34,987 nucleotides of DNA, taken from positions 62,001 through 96,987 of the forward strand of contig JADIIX010000087.1 of assembly GCA_027604505.1 (NCBI GenBank), read 5' to 3'. The translations under genes and the position numbers were made by a program. Every line of letters starts with the position of its first letter. Position 1 is the first letter of the stretch. Positions 1-13,355 of the stretch are shown here, in pieces. The notes beneath the pieces were generated by a model that saw only the letters and a list, made by a program, of their open reading frames with translations, made no database searches and was not told the origin of the DNA. This stretch comes from Gonapodya sp. JEL0774. Lineage: Eukaryota.

Positions 1-3000
1 CTTCTACAGGTTCGATATCCCCATTCCCACGTTCCAGGAACTATTTCAAGAGCACCTCGTCGCTCCTTTCTTCGTGTTCCAAATATTTTGCGTGGGACTT
101 TGGTTTTTGGATGATATGTGGTACTACTCTCTGTTCACCTTGGGAATGCTATTCGTTTTCGAGTCAACAGTCGTGATGCAGGTGAGAGGAACACTAAATT
201 CTCATATCCACGAACGCCAATCATCGCTCTACATGTGATCGCAAGCGCCTTCAAAACCTGAAGGAAATGCACTCTATGGGCATTAAACCCTACGAAATCA
301 ACGCTTTTCGGCAAGGCCAGTGGGTCAAGGTCTCTACTGACCAACTCTTTCCCGGTGACCTCGTTTCGATTGTTCGGACTAAGGAGGATTCCGCTGTACC
401 TTGTGATGTCCTTCTTCTTGACGGGACTGCTATTGTCAATGAAGCAATGCTCTCTGGAGAATCGACGCCTCTGCTCAAGGAGTCTGTTGCTCAATCGGAC
501 CCCCAAGAAGTGCTTGACATTTCGTCAGTTCACAAGAACAATGTGCTTTTCGGTGGTACGAAAGTGCTTCAGGCTACGCCACCGACGGTTCGACTGGATA
601 TCGTTCCCCCTGATCATGGATCTGTGGGATATGTGCTCCGAACTGGTTTCGGGACCTCCCAGGGGAAGCTCGTGAGAACAATTTTGTACAGTTCGGAGCG
701 CGTCACTGCCAACAACATCGAGGCATTTGTCTTCATTATCTTCTTGCTTATTTTTGCGATTCTTGCGTCAGCATACGTGTGGGTTGAGGGGACCAAAAAC
801 GAATTGAGGAAAAAGTCCAAAATTTTGCTCGACTGTGGTGAGTTCTCTTATGTGGTTTTTGCCAACGGTCCGCACTGTTTTACCTAGACCCGTGTGAAAT
901 CTTCCAATCATTGGTAACGATCTTTTAGTACTCATTATCACCTCTGTGGTCCCACCGGAATTGCCCATGGAGCTCTCACTCGCCGTTAATAACTCTATCA
1001 TCGCGCTTTCTCGGGTCTACATTTTCTGCACTGAGCCGTTCCGTATTCCGTTTGCCGGACGCCTGGACGTGCTGGCTTTTGACAAGACCGGAACACTTAC
1101 CGATTCCTCCCTTGTCGTGGAAGGTGTCAGTGGACTCGACCCTGATCCGAAAACAATTCGCAAGCCGCTGGATATTCCGTCTGAAACCACCATGGTCTTA
1201 GCTGCGGCGCATGCCCTCGTGTTTGTGGATGATGCAGTGGTTGGGGACCCAATGGAACGTAGCACAGTTGCTTCTGTCGGATGGCTGGTTGGTCGGAATG
1301 ATGTGGTGACAGGCCAAAAGGGAGCCACACTCAAAGGTGGTTTAAAGATTCTCCGTCGCTTCCAGTTCGCGTCAGCACTGAAGCGGATGTCTTCGGTGGC
1401 ATCCTACGACAATGGAAGCGGAAGCTCTGTGTACTATGTTGCTGTAAAAGGCGCCCCAGAAACTCTCAGGGGAATGTACTCCAACCTTCCTGCGGGTTAT
1501 GACGCGTGCTACAAATATTGGGCGAGAAGGGGGAGCAGAGTGCTGGCACTTGGCTACAAACAAGTCCGAGGTTCCGATGTGAGATGGTATTGTTGTTGGA
1601 TGTGGGCTGCGGCGGAGAGCTAACTTCGAACTTACTGCGACCAGACCAAAGATTTGAGCAGAGAGCAGGCGGAGTGTGCATTGAAATTCGCAGGTTTTCT
1701 TATTTTCCATTGCCCACTGAAGCCGGACACTGTTGAGGCTGTGAAAGCTCTGAGCAAATCTTCGCACAGAGTACGAGTTATTTTCGTTAAACAATTGCTG
1801 TGTGTCCGAGAATTAAACGTTTTGAATCAGGTAATCATGATCACAGGCGATAATCCTCTCACTGCCAGCCATGTCGCCGCTGAAGTTGAGATCACCAAAC
1901 GGGAAGTGCTCATCCTTGAAGAAAATTCAACAGGAGGTAAGGCGACGCTTTGATTCGAATGATTGCACAATCACGACAGCTTTTGGGTAGACCTCACTTG
2001 GGATAACCTTGACGAAACGGTCTCCATTCCGATCGACCCAAAGAGCTCTATAGTCGATCAACGCCTATTTGACTACGACTTGTGTATAACGGGAAAGGCG
2101 ATGGCTCGATTGTCCGTGGGCCCTCAGTGGAATACGCTGCTTCCTAGAATTTGGGTATTTGCGCGGATCTCTCCCAGCCAAAAAGTTGGTGCCGTCAGCT
2201 ACAGCTTTACAGTCGGAAATCTCTCACCTAGACTTGCATTTTGCAGGAATCTATTCTGACCTCATTGAAACAGCTGGGTTACATCACACTCATGTGTGGA
2301 GATGGGACGAATGATGTCGGTGCTTTGAAGCAGGCCCATGTCGGTGAGTCAATCTAAGGTCTACGCACAATTTGATCATTCAGATTAAGAGCCATGTTTA
2401 TGAGGTGTTGCTCTCCTTGATGCCAAGCCGGAGGAGCTACAAAAGTATGCCGAGAGAATGCGCGAGCGTCGAATGCAGGAGATGAAAGAAAAGCAGCGAC
2501 AGATGGCTGAGAGGTGGGGCGTGAAGCTTCCACCGGAGCCGGCTGCTGATCCCAACAAGAAAAGCGCGGCATTGGAGAAGAAGAAAGCGGAGCAGAATGC
2601 CGTCAAAACTCCGGCGGAGATTGCGGCGGAAAAGCAAAGAGAAATGCAGAAAATGCTCGAGGACAAGATGAATAACTTGATGTCTGATATGGACGAGGAA
2701 GTTCCCACCATTAAGTTTGGAGACGCGTCCGTCGCGTCGCCGTTTACGAGTAAGATATCCACTATCAACTCTGGTATGTGTCTCGGCCGCGGTTGCGCTT
2801 TTGCAGTGGTGCCCAACTGGTCGATTTGCTTCCAGTCAACAACATTGTGCGACAGGGTCGGGCGACCCTTGTTGCAATGCTGCAAATGTACAAGATATTG
2901 GCATTGAACTGCATTGTATCTGCGTACAGCATGAGTGTACTTTATCTCGCCGGTATCAAGCAAGGGGATTGGCAGGCTACCATTGCGGGACTTCTCATCA

Positions 3001-3815
3001 CTGTGTGCTTCTTTGCTATTGCCCGTTCACAGGTGAGTGAAGTCAACTAAGCCCAAATCAAAAGGTGTTTACTCATTCAAAGCTCTCTCTCCAGCCGCTC
3101 CAAGAGCTGTCTAAGAAGCGACCACAATCGAGCATTTTCAACCTTTATTTTTTCCTGTCTGTTCTTGGGCAATGCGCTGTGCACGTGTCCGCCCTCCATT
3201 ACATTCGTGGTGAAGCAATTCTAGCTTCCACGGAAATGTAAGACTCTGATTTCAGTCATTGTGTGGTCTCGCGCCGCCTGCTACTTCTACTCATGCCTCT
3301 CAACGTTGGCAGGGAGGAGGAGATTGATTTGGATGCCACTTTTAAGCCAAACCTTCTCAATACTGCAATTTACTTGGTGTCTCTCACTATGCAAATATCC
3401 ACTTTCGCGATTAACTATCAGGTAGCTATTTAAACAACCATGCCCTCTTTGTTTCTTATGTGACAGGCAGTTTTCTCCGCTTGCGTAGGGACGTCCCTTT
3501 CGTGAAGGTTTGACAGAAAACAAACCCCTCTATCACAGTCTTCTCGGAGTTGGCGCCATTGCTGTGGTGGGAGCGTCACAAATGGTTCCATTGATGAACG
3601 ATTGGATGCAGTTGGTTCCTATGACGGACTCGGTGAGTTCCGAATGGATGCTCTATTAACACATCCCTCGCCTCACTGAATCGGCCTGACAACAGTTCCA
3701 AGCCAAACTCCTGACCACCATGGGCTTAGACTTTGGGGTCGCGATGGCTATCGAAAAAGTTTCCAGTCATCTGTTTTCAGACAACAGACCGAAAGCTAGT
3801 TTGTTGTTGGATTAA
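1..3815 (+). CDS. SPF1: P5A-type ATPase (Spf1/ATP13A1), 5' end outside window, about 12 introns
   Basis: Spliced exons give [19 protein letters not shown], phosphorylation motif [46 protein letters not shown] and [12 protein letters not shown]; stop TAA at 3813-3815. Confidence 0.96.
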
Positions 3816-3845
3816 AGCAACCTGAACCTCAATAGCTGCAATACA

Positions 3846-6265
3846 CTAGAAACCCCTATATACTATGACGTCGCCCTTTCGCCATTTGTCGTCGAGCTGG
3901 AAATGGCTATTGAAGAAACGTGCAACCTGAAATAATCACGGAGTTTCCATCTGCTCGCAAACGACGAGTGGTAACAAAATGTTCCTACCTCCCGATAACT
4001 CGAACCCTCAAACAACTCCTTCATAGTCCGTTCTATTGCTTCGAAGAACACAACATGGGATGGCCATTTTTCTGGCTGGGCTGCGAGATCGCCCAATGAT
4101 ATGTTGTGACGAGTCGCCAAAGCGGCCCTATCGATCGTTTTGTTGCCAATCTGGTGATCAAAGCGGGTAAGCAAGTAAGCCATAGAGCTTTCACCAAAGA
4201 GCTTGGATTCGTCTTTATATGAAGAGGTGTTTCGAAGACTGAGGTGGAGGAACGGCACACTCAAACGGCGAGACCGGACCCGCGCCGCCCCGACAAAACG
4301 CACCCCAGAGGCGGTTCACATGTGATTATTTTCATCGAGATATCTGCATGTACGTGACTGTAGTATGGCGTGGAGTGGCACGGCATAGCCCAAAACACCG
4401 AAGTTTCTGGATCTTTCAAGACTTCCCTTCTGATATATATCACTGCATCAACGACTCCTCTCTGATGTATAAAGTTGGCATAGAGTGCGAGTGATATGTT
4501 GGTGACCGCAAGAAAGCAGATTCCGGACAGGAATGTAATGCGTGGTCGAGAGAGAAAAGATCCTGGGTTGGGTGCGTCAAGGGAAGCCTTGAAGGAGCTT
4601 TCGTCCAAGCGGCTCAGAGTTGCACCAACAAACACAAGGAATATGGGAAGCACGGGAAGGAGAAATCGATCTTCCTTGTGAGTCAGAAGGGAGAGCAGCC
4701 CGACTGTCCACAGAGCGGTCCATAAAAGCACCTTGGAGTGTGGGCGGCTAGCCAGAGAGTCACCAAGCCCCAGAGCAAACGGCACAACCAAAGTTCCCAA
4801 GACTACGGGAACGGATTGTAGGAAATACCAATAGAATGGATGTGCGCCATAGAATACAGAAATGCCCTCGAACACGTTCACACGGTAGAACTGAAGCGGA
4901 GGAAAGACCCATGACTTATAAAATGAATGGTCAATGATGGCAGAGAACAGGAGAGCCGAGGCTCTGGCGAAGAACAGAGTGAGAAGAGGTTCCCGAAGAG
5001 TCCTTCATGTTGCGTAAGCGTGATCTTGCACTCACCCGACGCTCCCTACGATCCAAATAATGCGGAACACATGATTTCGCGTTCGCCACCCAAAGTCGAG
5101 ACCAACGAATAACCACAGCATAGCACTCGTAGGGCGAAGGATACACGATCCCGCAGCGACGATTATCGCGTCGACAAAGCATCTGCAGCACGGAAATAAC
5201 AACATTTTCAATAGGAGAATCGAAAAACAAGAGGCTGAACGCACCAACCTCCAATCCACTCGCTCTCCTTCACGCCGAAGTTGAGCCCAGGGAAACCTCC
5301 AGAGAGCTACAGTGGTCAGGGTGGCTTCTGCAGAATTAGAAAAGGTACGAGTCATAGCGTAGGAGTTATACCAGGAAGTAAGAGTGCAAAAAAGCTGTGC
5401 GACCGACAAGGTTTGGTGAGAGTCGTTCAATGGCGCGTGAAGCTGCGCGACCCTCACGGTCCACTTTGCACCGGAAGCTCCAAAAAAGCGGAGAGCGAGA
5501 AGATACGTAAAATAGTCATTAGTGGCTGCAATAAGGGCTTGCAGTAACTTCGGTGCGTAAATCTAGACGGTAGAGTTGTCCAATTGAAATGGTAAAGCGA
5601 CGAAGTCAGGAGGTGACGGGATGCTAGATTCATTACGAAATCCAACACCTACAATCATTACAGTGTCATCAAGCTGAAGATACTTCACGAGTCTATACAT
5701 GCCTGCAAAGAGCATCGGGTGGGCGAATCCCCGCACTTGATTTCTCCACTCCCATGTCAAGTATCCACGACCAAAGACAGCATTATGTGCGACCTCCAGA
5801 GATTGCCAGTACTCATCAGGTTGATAAAATGTTCTTATGGACAAAGTAGTGCAAAGACGCAATAGGAGGATAAGGAGGAACGTCCTCCCCGAAGAAGTTT
5901 CCACAGGTCGTTTTGGCGAGGTGACTGGAGTCCCGAGGGCGGAGCAAGACTCTTTCAGAGAGTTGGATCCAGGTTTAATTTTTGTGAAAGACGTTCGAGG
6001 TAGGGACGTCACAGGTTCCGTCGGCGCTCGAGGAGGTTGTGGTGGTGGTTCGCGCCGCGTTTGAGTTCCTCCAGGCTGTAGACGGGTGACTCTATGTACA
6101 ACAGTAACGCGTGGAAGACAAAAATGTCAGCCGAATCGATCTGAAAATCGAGCTCAAGGATGTCGAAGTTGCTCACCGCACAGTCTCGCCATCCTCTGTT
6201 CTAAAGTACTCAAATGCGTCCAAGTCTGAGCGACCTCCACCAGCAGATTGCATCTGCTGCGCCAT
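3846..6265 (-). CDS. GPI10: GPI mannosyltransferase III (PIG-B/Gpi10), multi-exon
   Basis: RTFYQPDEYWQSLEVAH, GYLTWEW, TRTFSNS, HPFYWYFLQ, HKEDRFLLP, MPCHSTPYYSHVH, CEPP and C-terminal RFFNSHF..RKGDVIVY; ATG at 6265 is inferred; stop at 3846-3848. Confidence 0.92.
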
Positions 6266-6444
6266 GCCGGCAACTCGAGCACGCCGATTCCGTATTGTCT
6301 CAGCGGACATCCTTGAATCGTAGTGTGTTCAGGGCAGGTGTCACGAAACTGGTGAGATGCTGCGTCCGGGCCACTCCGTTACCTTTCAATGTGTCCACAT
6401 TTCTCGTCTGAACTCTCACGCCTTCATCGGATTTGTGACCGCGC

Positions 6445-7096
6445 ATGAACGCTCAAAAGCAACTAAAAGTGCTTGTTGAAATTGGTCGGTCGGGGAGATC
6501 TGTCCAGCATTCACTATCGGACGTAATTACAGCCAACGTGGACAATCCTCAGTATCCACACAGAAGACTACATCGCAATGGCCCGAATGAGGACACTGAT
6601 ATGGAACAAGTGATAAATCTCCAACCTCGAAGGCACAAGAGCATGGATACACTGGGAAACGCTCAAACTTCGGGGCAACAGAAACGCAATCACCAGCCGG
6701 GCCTCGCCGATGCTCTTCGAAGCGGCGAATTATCAGATGAGGACGACGATGAATCTTTGGCGGATGAGGACAATGAAGGTCTTGTCCGTCAAGGATACTG
6801 GCTCCTCTTCGTTACGGTTGTGTTCTTCATAACAACGACGTACAGCGGTTTTGTTAGCAAAATCATACCGGATACAGGCTGGCAGGTTTGTGTTTTCGTG
6901 ATCGTTGTCTTGCCGTTGAGTTTGCGTGACATGAGGAGTTTGTCCCCGCACGAAGACTCTGGATGCCATCAAACGCGACAATTACTACTGCTACCTCGTA
7001 CCACTTACTATTCCCGTGGTTGCCGTGTTTGCTGGATTCAACTGGGTCGGATTCGAGCAGTTTGCGAACAACCTCGAAAATACCTCGAAGGCCTGA
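6445..7096 (+). CDS. PIG-Y family subunit of the GPI-GlcNAc transferase complex (2 TM)
   Basis: Removing intron 6886-6955 joins GYWLLFVTVVFFITTTYSGFVSKIIPDTGWQ to TLDAIKRDNYYCYLVPLTIPVVAVFAGFNWVGFEQFANN, which matches the PIG-Y-type D.YYC.L.PLT.P...NW pattern; start could be 6445 or 6601. Confidence 0.75.
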
Positions 7097-7558
7097 TACC
7101 CCATATCGCATTCGCTTTCCGCATATCGGGGACTCGGAAAAACTCACTAGCATATAGAAGATGCAAAACCTGTAAGTGGTCTTTGCCAATCTCTTCAATA
7201 GGAGCAGAACCCGACCTCTGAACTGCTCCGACCAATTGAGTTTTTGACCAGCTTTGACGAACCAGTCCATGTTTATTATTATCACACATAGTCAGTGGTG
7301 TAGTGGTGTAGACGTGTGGTTTACAGACCTCAGTCTCTGGTCCTACTAGAATGTCTCTGCCGTGTAGTATCTATGGTTTGAGTAATGCCAGACCGTTCTC
7401 CGCCGCTCTACTGCACTCTCCGAAGCTTTGGGCCGGACACAAAAACATCATAAAACTTTGAACTTTGGTGTGTATTGCTATAAGGCGACGGACGGTGAAG
7501 TACTGTGGTCCGGCCGGGTGTTTCCCATCAGTTCCCTTTTTCTCTTATCAACCTCAAT

Positions 7559-10367
7559 ATGAGAACCAAAGCTCACAAACGACCTTCCCCAGAAGCATCT
7601 GTAGCTCCTCCTTCCGTCAAACGACAGAAAGGTAAGACTTTATACTGGTCTTAGTGCTCAATCGTAGAGGCAAAAAGGGAGAAGTAACGGTCATTTTTAA
7701 TCACTCAAAAGCTCTCCCCACTTCCAATGCAAATGTGAAACCATTTGCACACACCCCGAGAAAGCAAACTTCAGGGTCAAGTGCGCCTGTGGTTGCTCGA
7801 GTGATGGCGAAGGCCCAGAATGGCGATGTGGTGACGGCAGGAACTTCCAAACCCACCGCGAAACGAAAAGCGGAGGAAGTGGAAAGTGACGAGAGCGACC
7901 CGGAGGATGAGGTTGATTCTGAGAGCGAGGACATTAGTGGTGTTGGTGAACGAACATTTGAAGAGGATGAGGATTCAGAAGGGTTTGAAGACAGTGAAGG
8001 TGAAGATGATTCAGAAGATAACGAGCACGAGGACAAGGAGCAAAATGGCGACGGTGGTGATGATGACGAAGAGCTCTCTGATGCATTAGAAGAGGAGGGC
8101 GCGTCTGCGGAACCATTATCAAAAATTATCACAGGCGAAAGCCTCGTGAAAGAATTGGAAGGTGAGATTTGAGAAAAGAAATCTTTCCCCCAATTTGTTG
8201 GTTTCTTCGGGAGTATTGAGTCACTACTTTGAACTGCAGGCGTTGGCTCCTTGACTGACCCTTCTACGTTGAGTCGCGAGTTCAGTTCCATTGTGGTTTC
8301 TGAGCCAACCCGTAAAGCCATCACGGAGATGGGATTCACCAGCATGACCGAAATCCAGGCGCGAACCATACCCCCCGCGCTCACTGGGAAGGACATTTTA
8401 GGCGCGGCGAAGACCGGTAGTGGGAAGACACTGGCGTTCCTGATTCCCGCAGTGGAGATGCTTGTGAGGGTTGGATTCAAACCCCGAAACGGTGAGTTCC
8501 TTTACTGTACTTTGATATTTATACGATCAAGTCTGAAAAGCATCCTGCACGTGTTCACCGCCGTCATTCACAGGTACCGGTGCCATCATTATTTCTCCCA
8601 CACGAGAGCTTGCTCTCCAAATCTTCGGTGTGGCGAAAGAGCTCTGCAAATACCATCACCAGACGTTTGGTATTGTGATGGGAGGTGCGAACCGCAAGGC
8701 TGAGGCTGACAAACTTGCAAAGGGTGTCAACCTTCTCGTAGCGACACCTGGACGGCTTCTCGATCATTTGCAAAATACCAAGGGATTCGTTTTCCGGAAC
8801 CTCAAAATGCTCACTATTGACGAGGCGGACCGAATATTGGAGATTGGGTTCGAGGAGGAGATGAACCAGATTGTCAAACTGTTGCCCAAAGGTAAGTGTT
8901 GAGTCAGGGTCAGTTCTATTCACAAAATGGAGAATGGCCGCAATACGGGAGAGGACTCACTTACTCGGAGAAAGCAATCAATCACATTCAGCTTCAGATT
9001 GTATTGGAGCTGGAATGCTGGTGCTCCCGAGCTGGCTCGCAAGGGTTGGCTCAGGAAGTTCATGTTTGCGAGATCAACAGCCCGTCTGTTTGAGGCCCAT
9101 TCGCTGTTTTGACTTGCGGTTGGGTTATAGGTATGCCGGGTACATCGTCACTCACATGACCCTTTGCTGTGTTTTATGTCGTCAGAACGCCAAACCATGC
9201 TCTTCTCCGCCACCCAGACGACCAAAGTCGAGGACCTCGCTCGAGTTTCTTTCAAGAATTCTCCTCTCTACGTCAACGTAGACGAGAAGAAGGAGAGCGC
9301 TACGGTTGAAGGTCTCGAACAGGGTTACGTCGTGTGCCCTTCCGACATCCGTTTTCTGCTCCTCTTCACTTTCCTCAAGCGAAATATTGGCAAGAAGATT
9401 ATCGTTTTCATGTCGAGTTGCAACTCCGTGAAGTATCACGCCGAGCTCTTGAACTACATCGATGTCCCAGTTTTGGATTTGCATGTGAGTCACCCCATTT
9501 TCGCCTTTTGTAAAACGTGAGCTGAATACGCCATTTAATTTGACAGGGCAAGCAAAAGCAGCAAAAACGAACCAACACCTTTTTTGAATTCTGCAACGCC
9601 GAAAAAGGTATTCTTATCTGCACAGACGTCGCAGCACGTGGTCTCGACATCCCCGCTGTCGATTGGATTATTCAGTACGATCCACCCGATGATCCTCGCG
9701 AATACATTCACCGCGTGGGTCGGACAGCCCGGGCGGGGTCTCGGGGTAAGGCCCTGCTCATGCTACTGCCCAGTGAGCTGGGATTCCTGAGGTATCTCAA
9801 GCAGGCAAAAGTGCCACTCAACGAATTTCAGTTCCCGCAGAATAAGATCGCCAACGTGCAGGGACAGGTGGGTGTCCACGACCATTTTGTGTTTTGGCCG
9901 ATATCGCGTGCGCCAAAGTAACTGTCTGCTCTACTGATAGCTTGAAAAACTGGTGGAAAAGAACTATTATCTGAACCGTTCAGCCAAGGATGGTTTCCGC
10001 TCTTACATTCAAGCGTACGCTTCCCATTCGCTCAAGAAGATTTTTGACGTGAACGAACTTGACCTGACCAAGGTAGCAAAGGCGTACGGGTTCACCGTGG
10101 CCCCAAAGGTTAACCTCAGTGAGTTCCACTGTGATGAACGTGTTGGGTGTTTGGGTGTTTCGTATTTTGACAATTCAATCCCTTCTTCGTCTAGCCATTG
10201 GCGCCTCTGGCCGCGTCGACAGAAAAAAGCGACGCAACGCTCTTCAACATGCTGGATACACGAGCAAGAAGAACAATGAGGGAAAAGAACATTTTGTGAA
10301 GCAGAGGGGGTCTGTTGCCGGACCAGGCGGCAGAGTCGGGAGTGATCAGCGGCAGTGGTCACGATAG
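7559..10367 (+). CDS. HAS1: DEAD-box RNA helicase Has1/DDX18 (ribosome biogenesis), 7 introns
   Basis: Acidic N-terminus; [41 protein letters not shown] and [10 protein letters not shown]; introns at 7632-7711, 8162-8239, 8492-8573, 8892-9185, 9485-9547, 9868-9940 and 10119-10194. Confidence 0.96.
8892..9185 (+). ncRNA. Structured intronic RNA element in HAS1 intron 4 (putative splicing-regulatory element; H/ACA snoRNA is the alternative)
   Basis: 294 nt versus 63-82 nt for the other HAS1 introns; stems 8892-8905/8954-8964, 8985-8996/9005-9017, 9029-9038/9043-9052 (GCAA tetraloop), 9076-9090, 9096-9124 and 9138-9162. Confidence 0.6.
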
Positions 10368-11434
10368 ATACATACAGCTTAGCATTGCAAAGTAATTATA
10401 TTATATGATATTTCTTCTGGCAATTGTGTTTGTGTTGGCTGGATTTGAAGGTATGGATCGAGCTTCAACAGAAGTATGAGGGTAATGGAAATGCTTTGCG
10501 GCTATCAGGATTATGACTCAAGCCTCTTACAATAATTCAATTAATGGCAGCTGAGAGACCTCTGATGCGTTGGTGAGATTTGGTGATCGTGTGAACGCTG
10601 TCATCGGATTGCAGAATGCAACGTATCGCATCCCATACAGCGTGTCTTTCCTTCTTCGTTTTTCTTATTTTCTTGTCTTGTAAGGGAGTGCCAGCTCGCC
10701 CGGCGATAAAAGCAGGAGGTGCTAATACCCACTTGACGAACAGCAGACCAACGACGCTCCACTTCAGCGTGGACATCCTGGTGAGCCTGCGTTACCCAGT
10801 CTGGGCCGCTTGAACGCCCAGCATCAGCTACCACTTCATCCACCAAGACGCTCTCCTGGACGGTGAATGTGTTTCGGCTGGTTGATGACGGAGGCAGGAT
10901 CGGGTTTCAAGGAGGTGGGTGATGCCGGCGGGTTTGCTGCCGGCACACATGGAGGGCAGATGATGATCAATCTCGGTCCAAAGAGTCTCCCTCGAGGGTG
11001 GTTGTTTTTGTGTATATGATGCACCCGGCATGAGGCGTTCTTGGGGATGGAGAAGACTGGGTGACTGAGTGCCGTGTGACTGAAGGTGCAGCCCAACGCC
11101 GGGCCATCTGCCGTGCATAGGCATCACATAGTCTCTGAGGCGGAGCAAAGTCTTCATGTAGAATCTGTAATACGGAGTGTCCACGGGTCGGAGCAGTTTG
11201 ACTGCGGAATTAACTCAGTCACGAGAACCGCATGCGTGCCGTGCCAACCAACAACATCAAACTGTTTATAGATTGTACTTGGATTATTACACTATAAGAC
11301 TGCTCCAAAGTGCGGGGTTTACATAAAATCCAAACCAAGAAGCGTCAACCATTCTTCAAGAAACACAGGCACACGTGCCATCAAAGAGAACGCTGCTCTT
11401 TGGAATTATGTGTTAAGAGCGGGACCTATCCTAA

Positions 11435-12895
<1,461 letters not shown>

Positions 12896-13355
12896 GTACC
12901 CTCTGTGGGGTGGTGGCCCATTGTCGAGTCCGAGTTGGAGTCCTGTCATTGTGCAGTTGTCGTGGCCTAGTTTGTGTATCGGTGGTGTGTGGAATGGAAT
13001 GGAATGCACGCATATTGTGTCAGAGCGTCGGGGTAATCGTAGCCTCTGCACCACTTTTAAACACGTGCATGTCGTGCACGCATTACCCTGGCCTTGTTGT
13101 GAACGGGTTCGTGCCGCCAATGTTGTATCTGTGTTGTTGTTCATCTTGTTGTCCCATGGTGCGAGTCATTGGGGTAAGACTCCATCAAGTCCCATCCAGT
13201 TCACTGTTTCAATGTTTGATGACGATGAGCTACCTCCAAATTTACCGTTGAGGTTATTCTCGAGTTGCTACATGGTGCAAAATCCGCTTGCCCGTTGATC
13301 GAAAGTTCACCCATTTTGTGAAGACGACTCGCTCACTCAAACCGGCACCACCATC

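Noticed and set aside
7290..7350. tRNA-Val(TAC)-like string GGTGTAGTGGT...ACG...TTTACA
   Set aside because: No GTTCRA T-loop, no acceptor stem and a poor anticodon stem; at most a relic
7701..8480. 259-aa Ser-rich antisense ORF (and similar shadow ORFs at 13254-13964 and 25170-25868)
   Set aside because: Antisense shadows of low-complexity or biased sense exons with no domain signal
8892..9185. TPP riboswitch, U3, snR30/U17 or RNase MRP identity for the HAS1 intron element
   Set aside because: Their conserved motifs (e.g. CTGAGA...GATAATACCAGCG, box A, AUAUUCCUA/AAACCAU) are not present by eye
10824..10846. Minus-strand GG-TGA-SGS-stop as a selenoprotein C-terminus
   Set aside because: The upstream ORF resembles no selenoprotein family I recognise and no SECIS was identified
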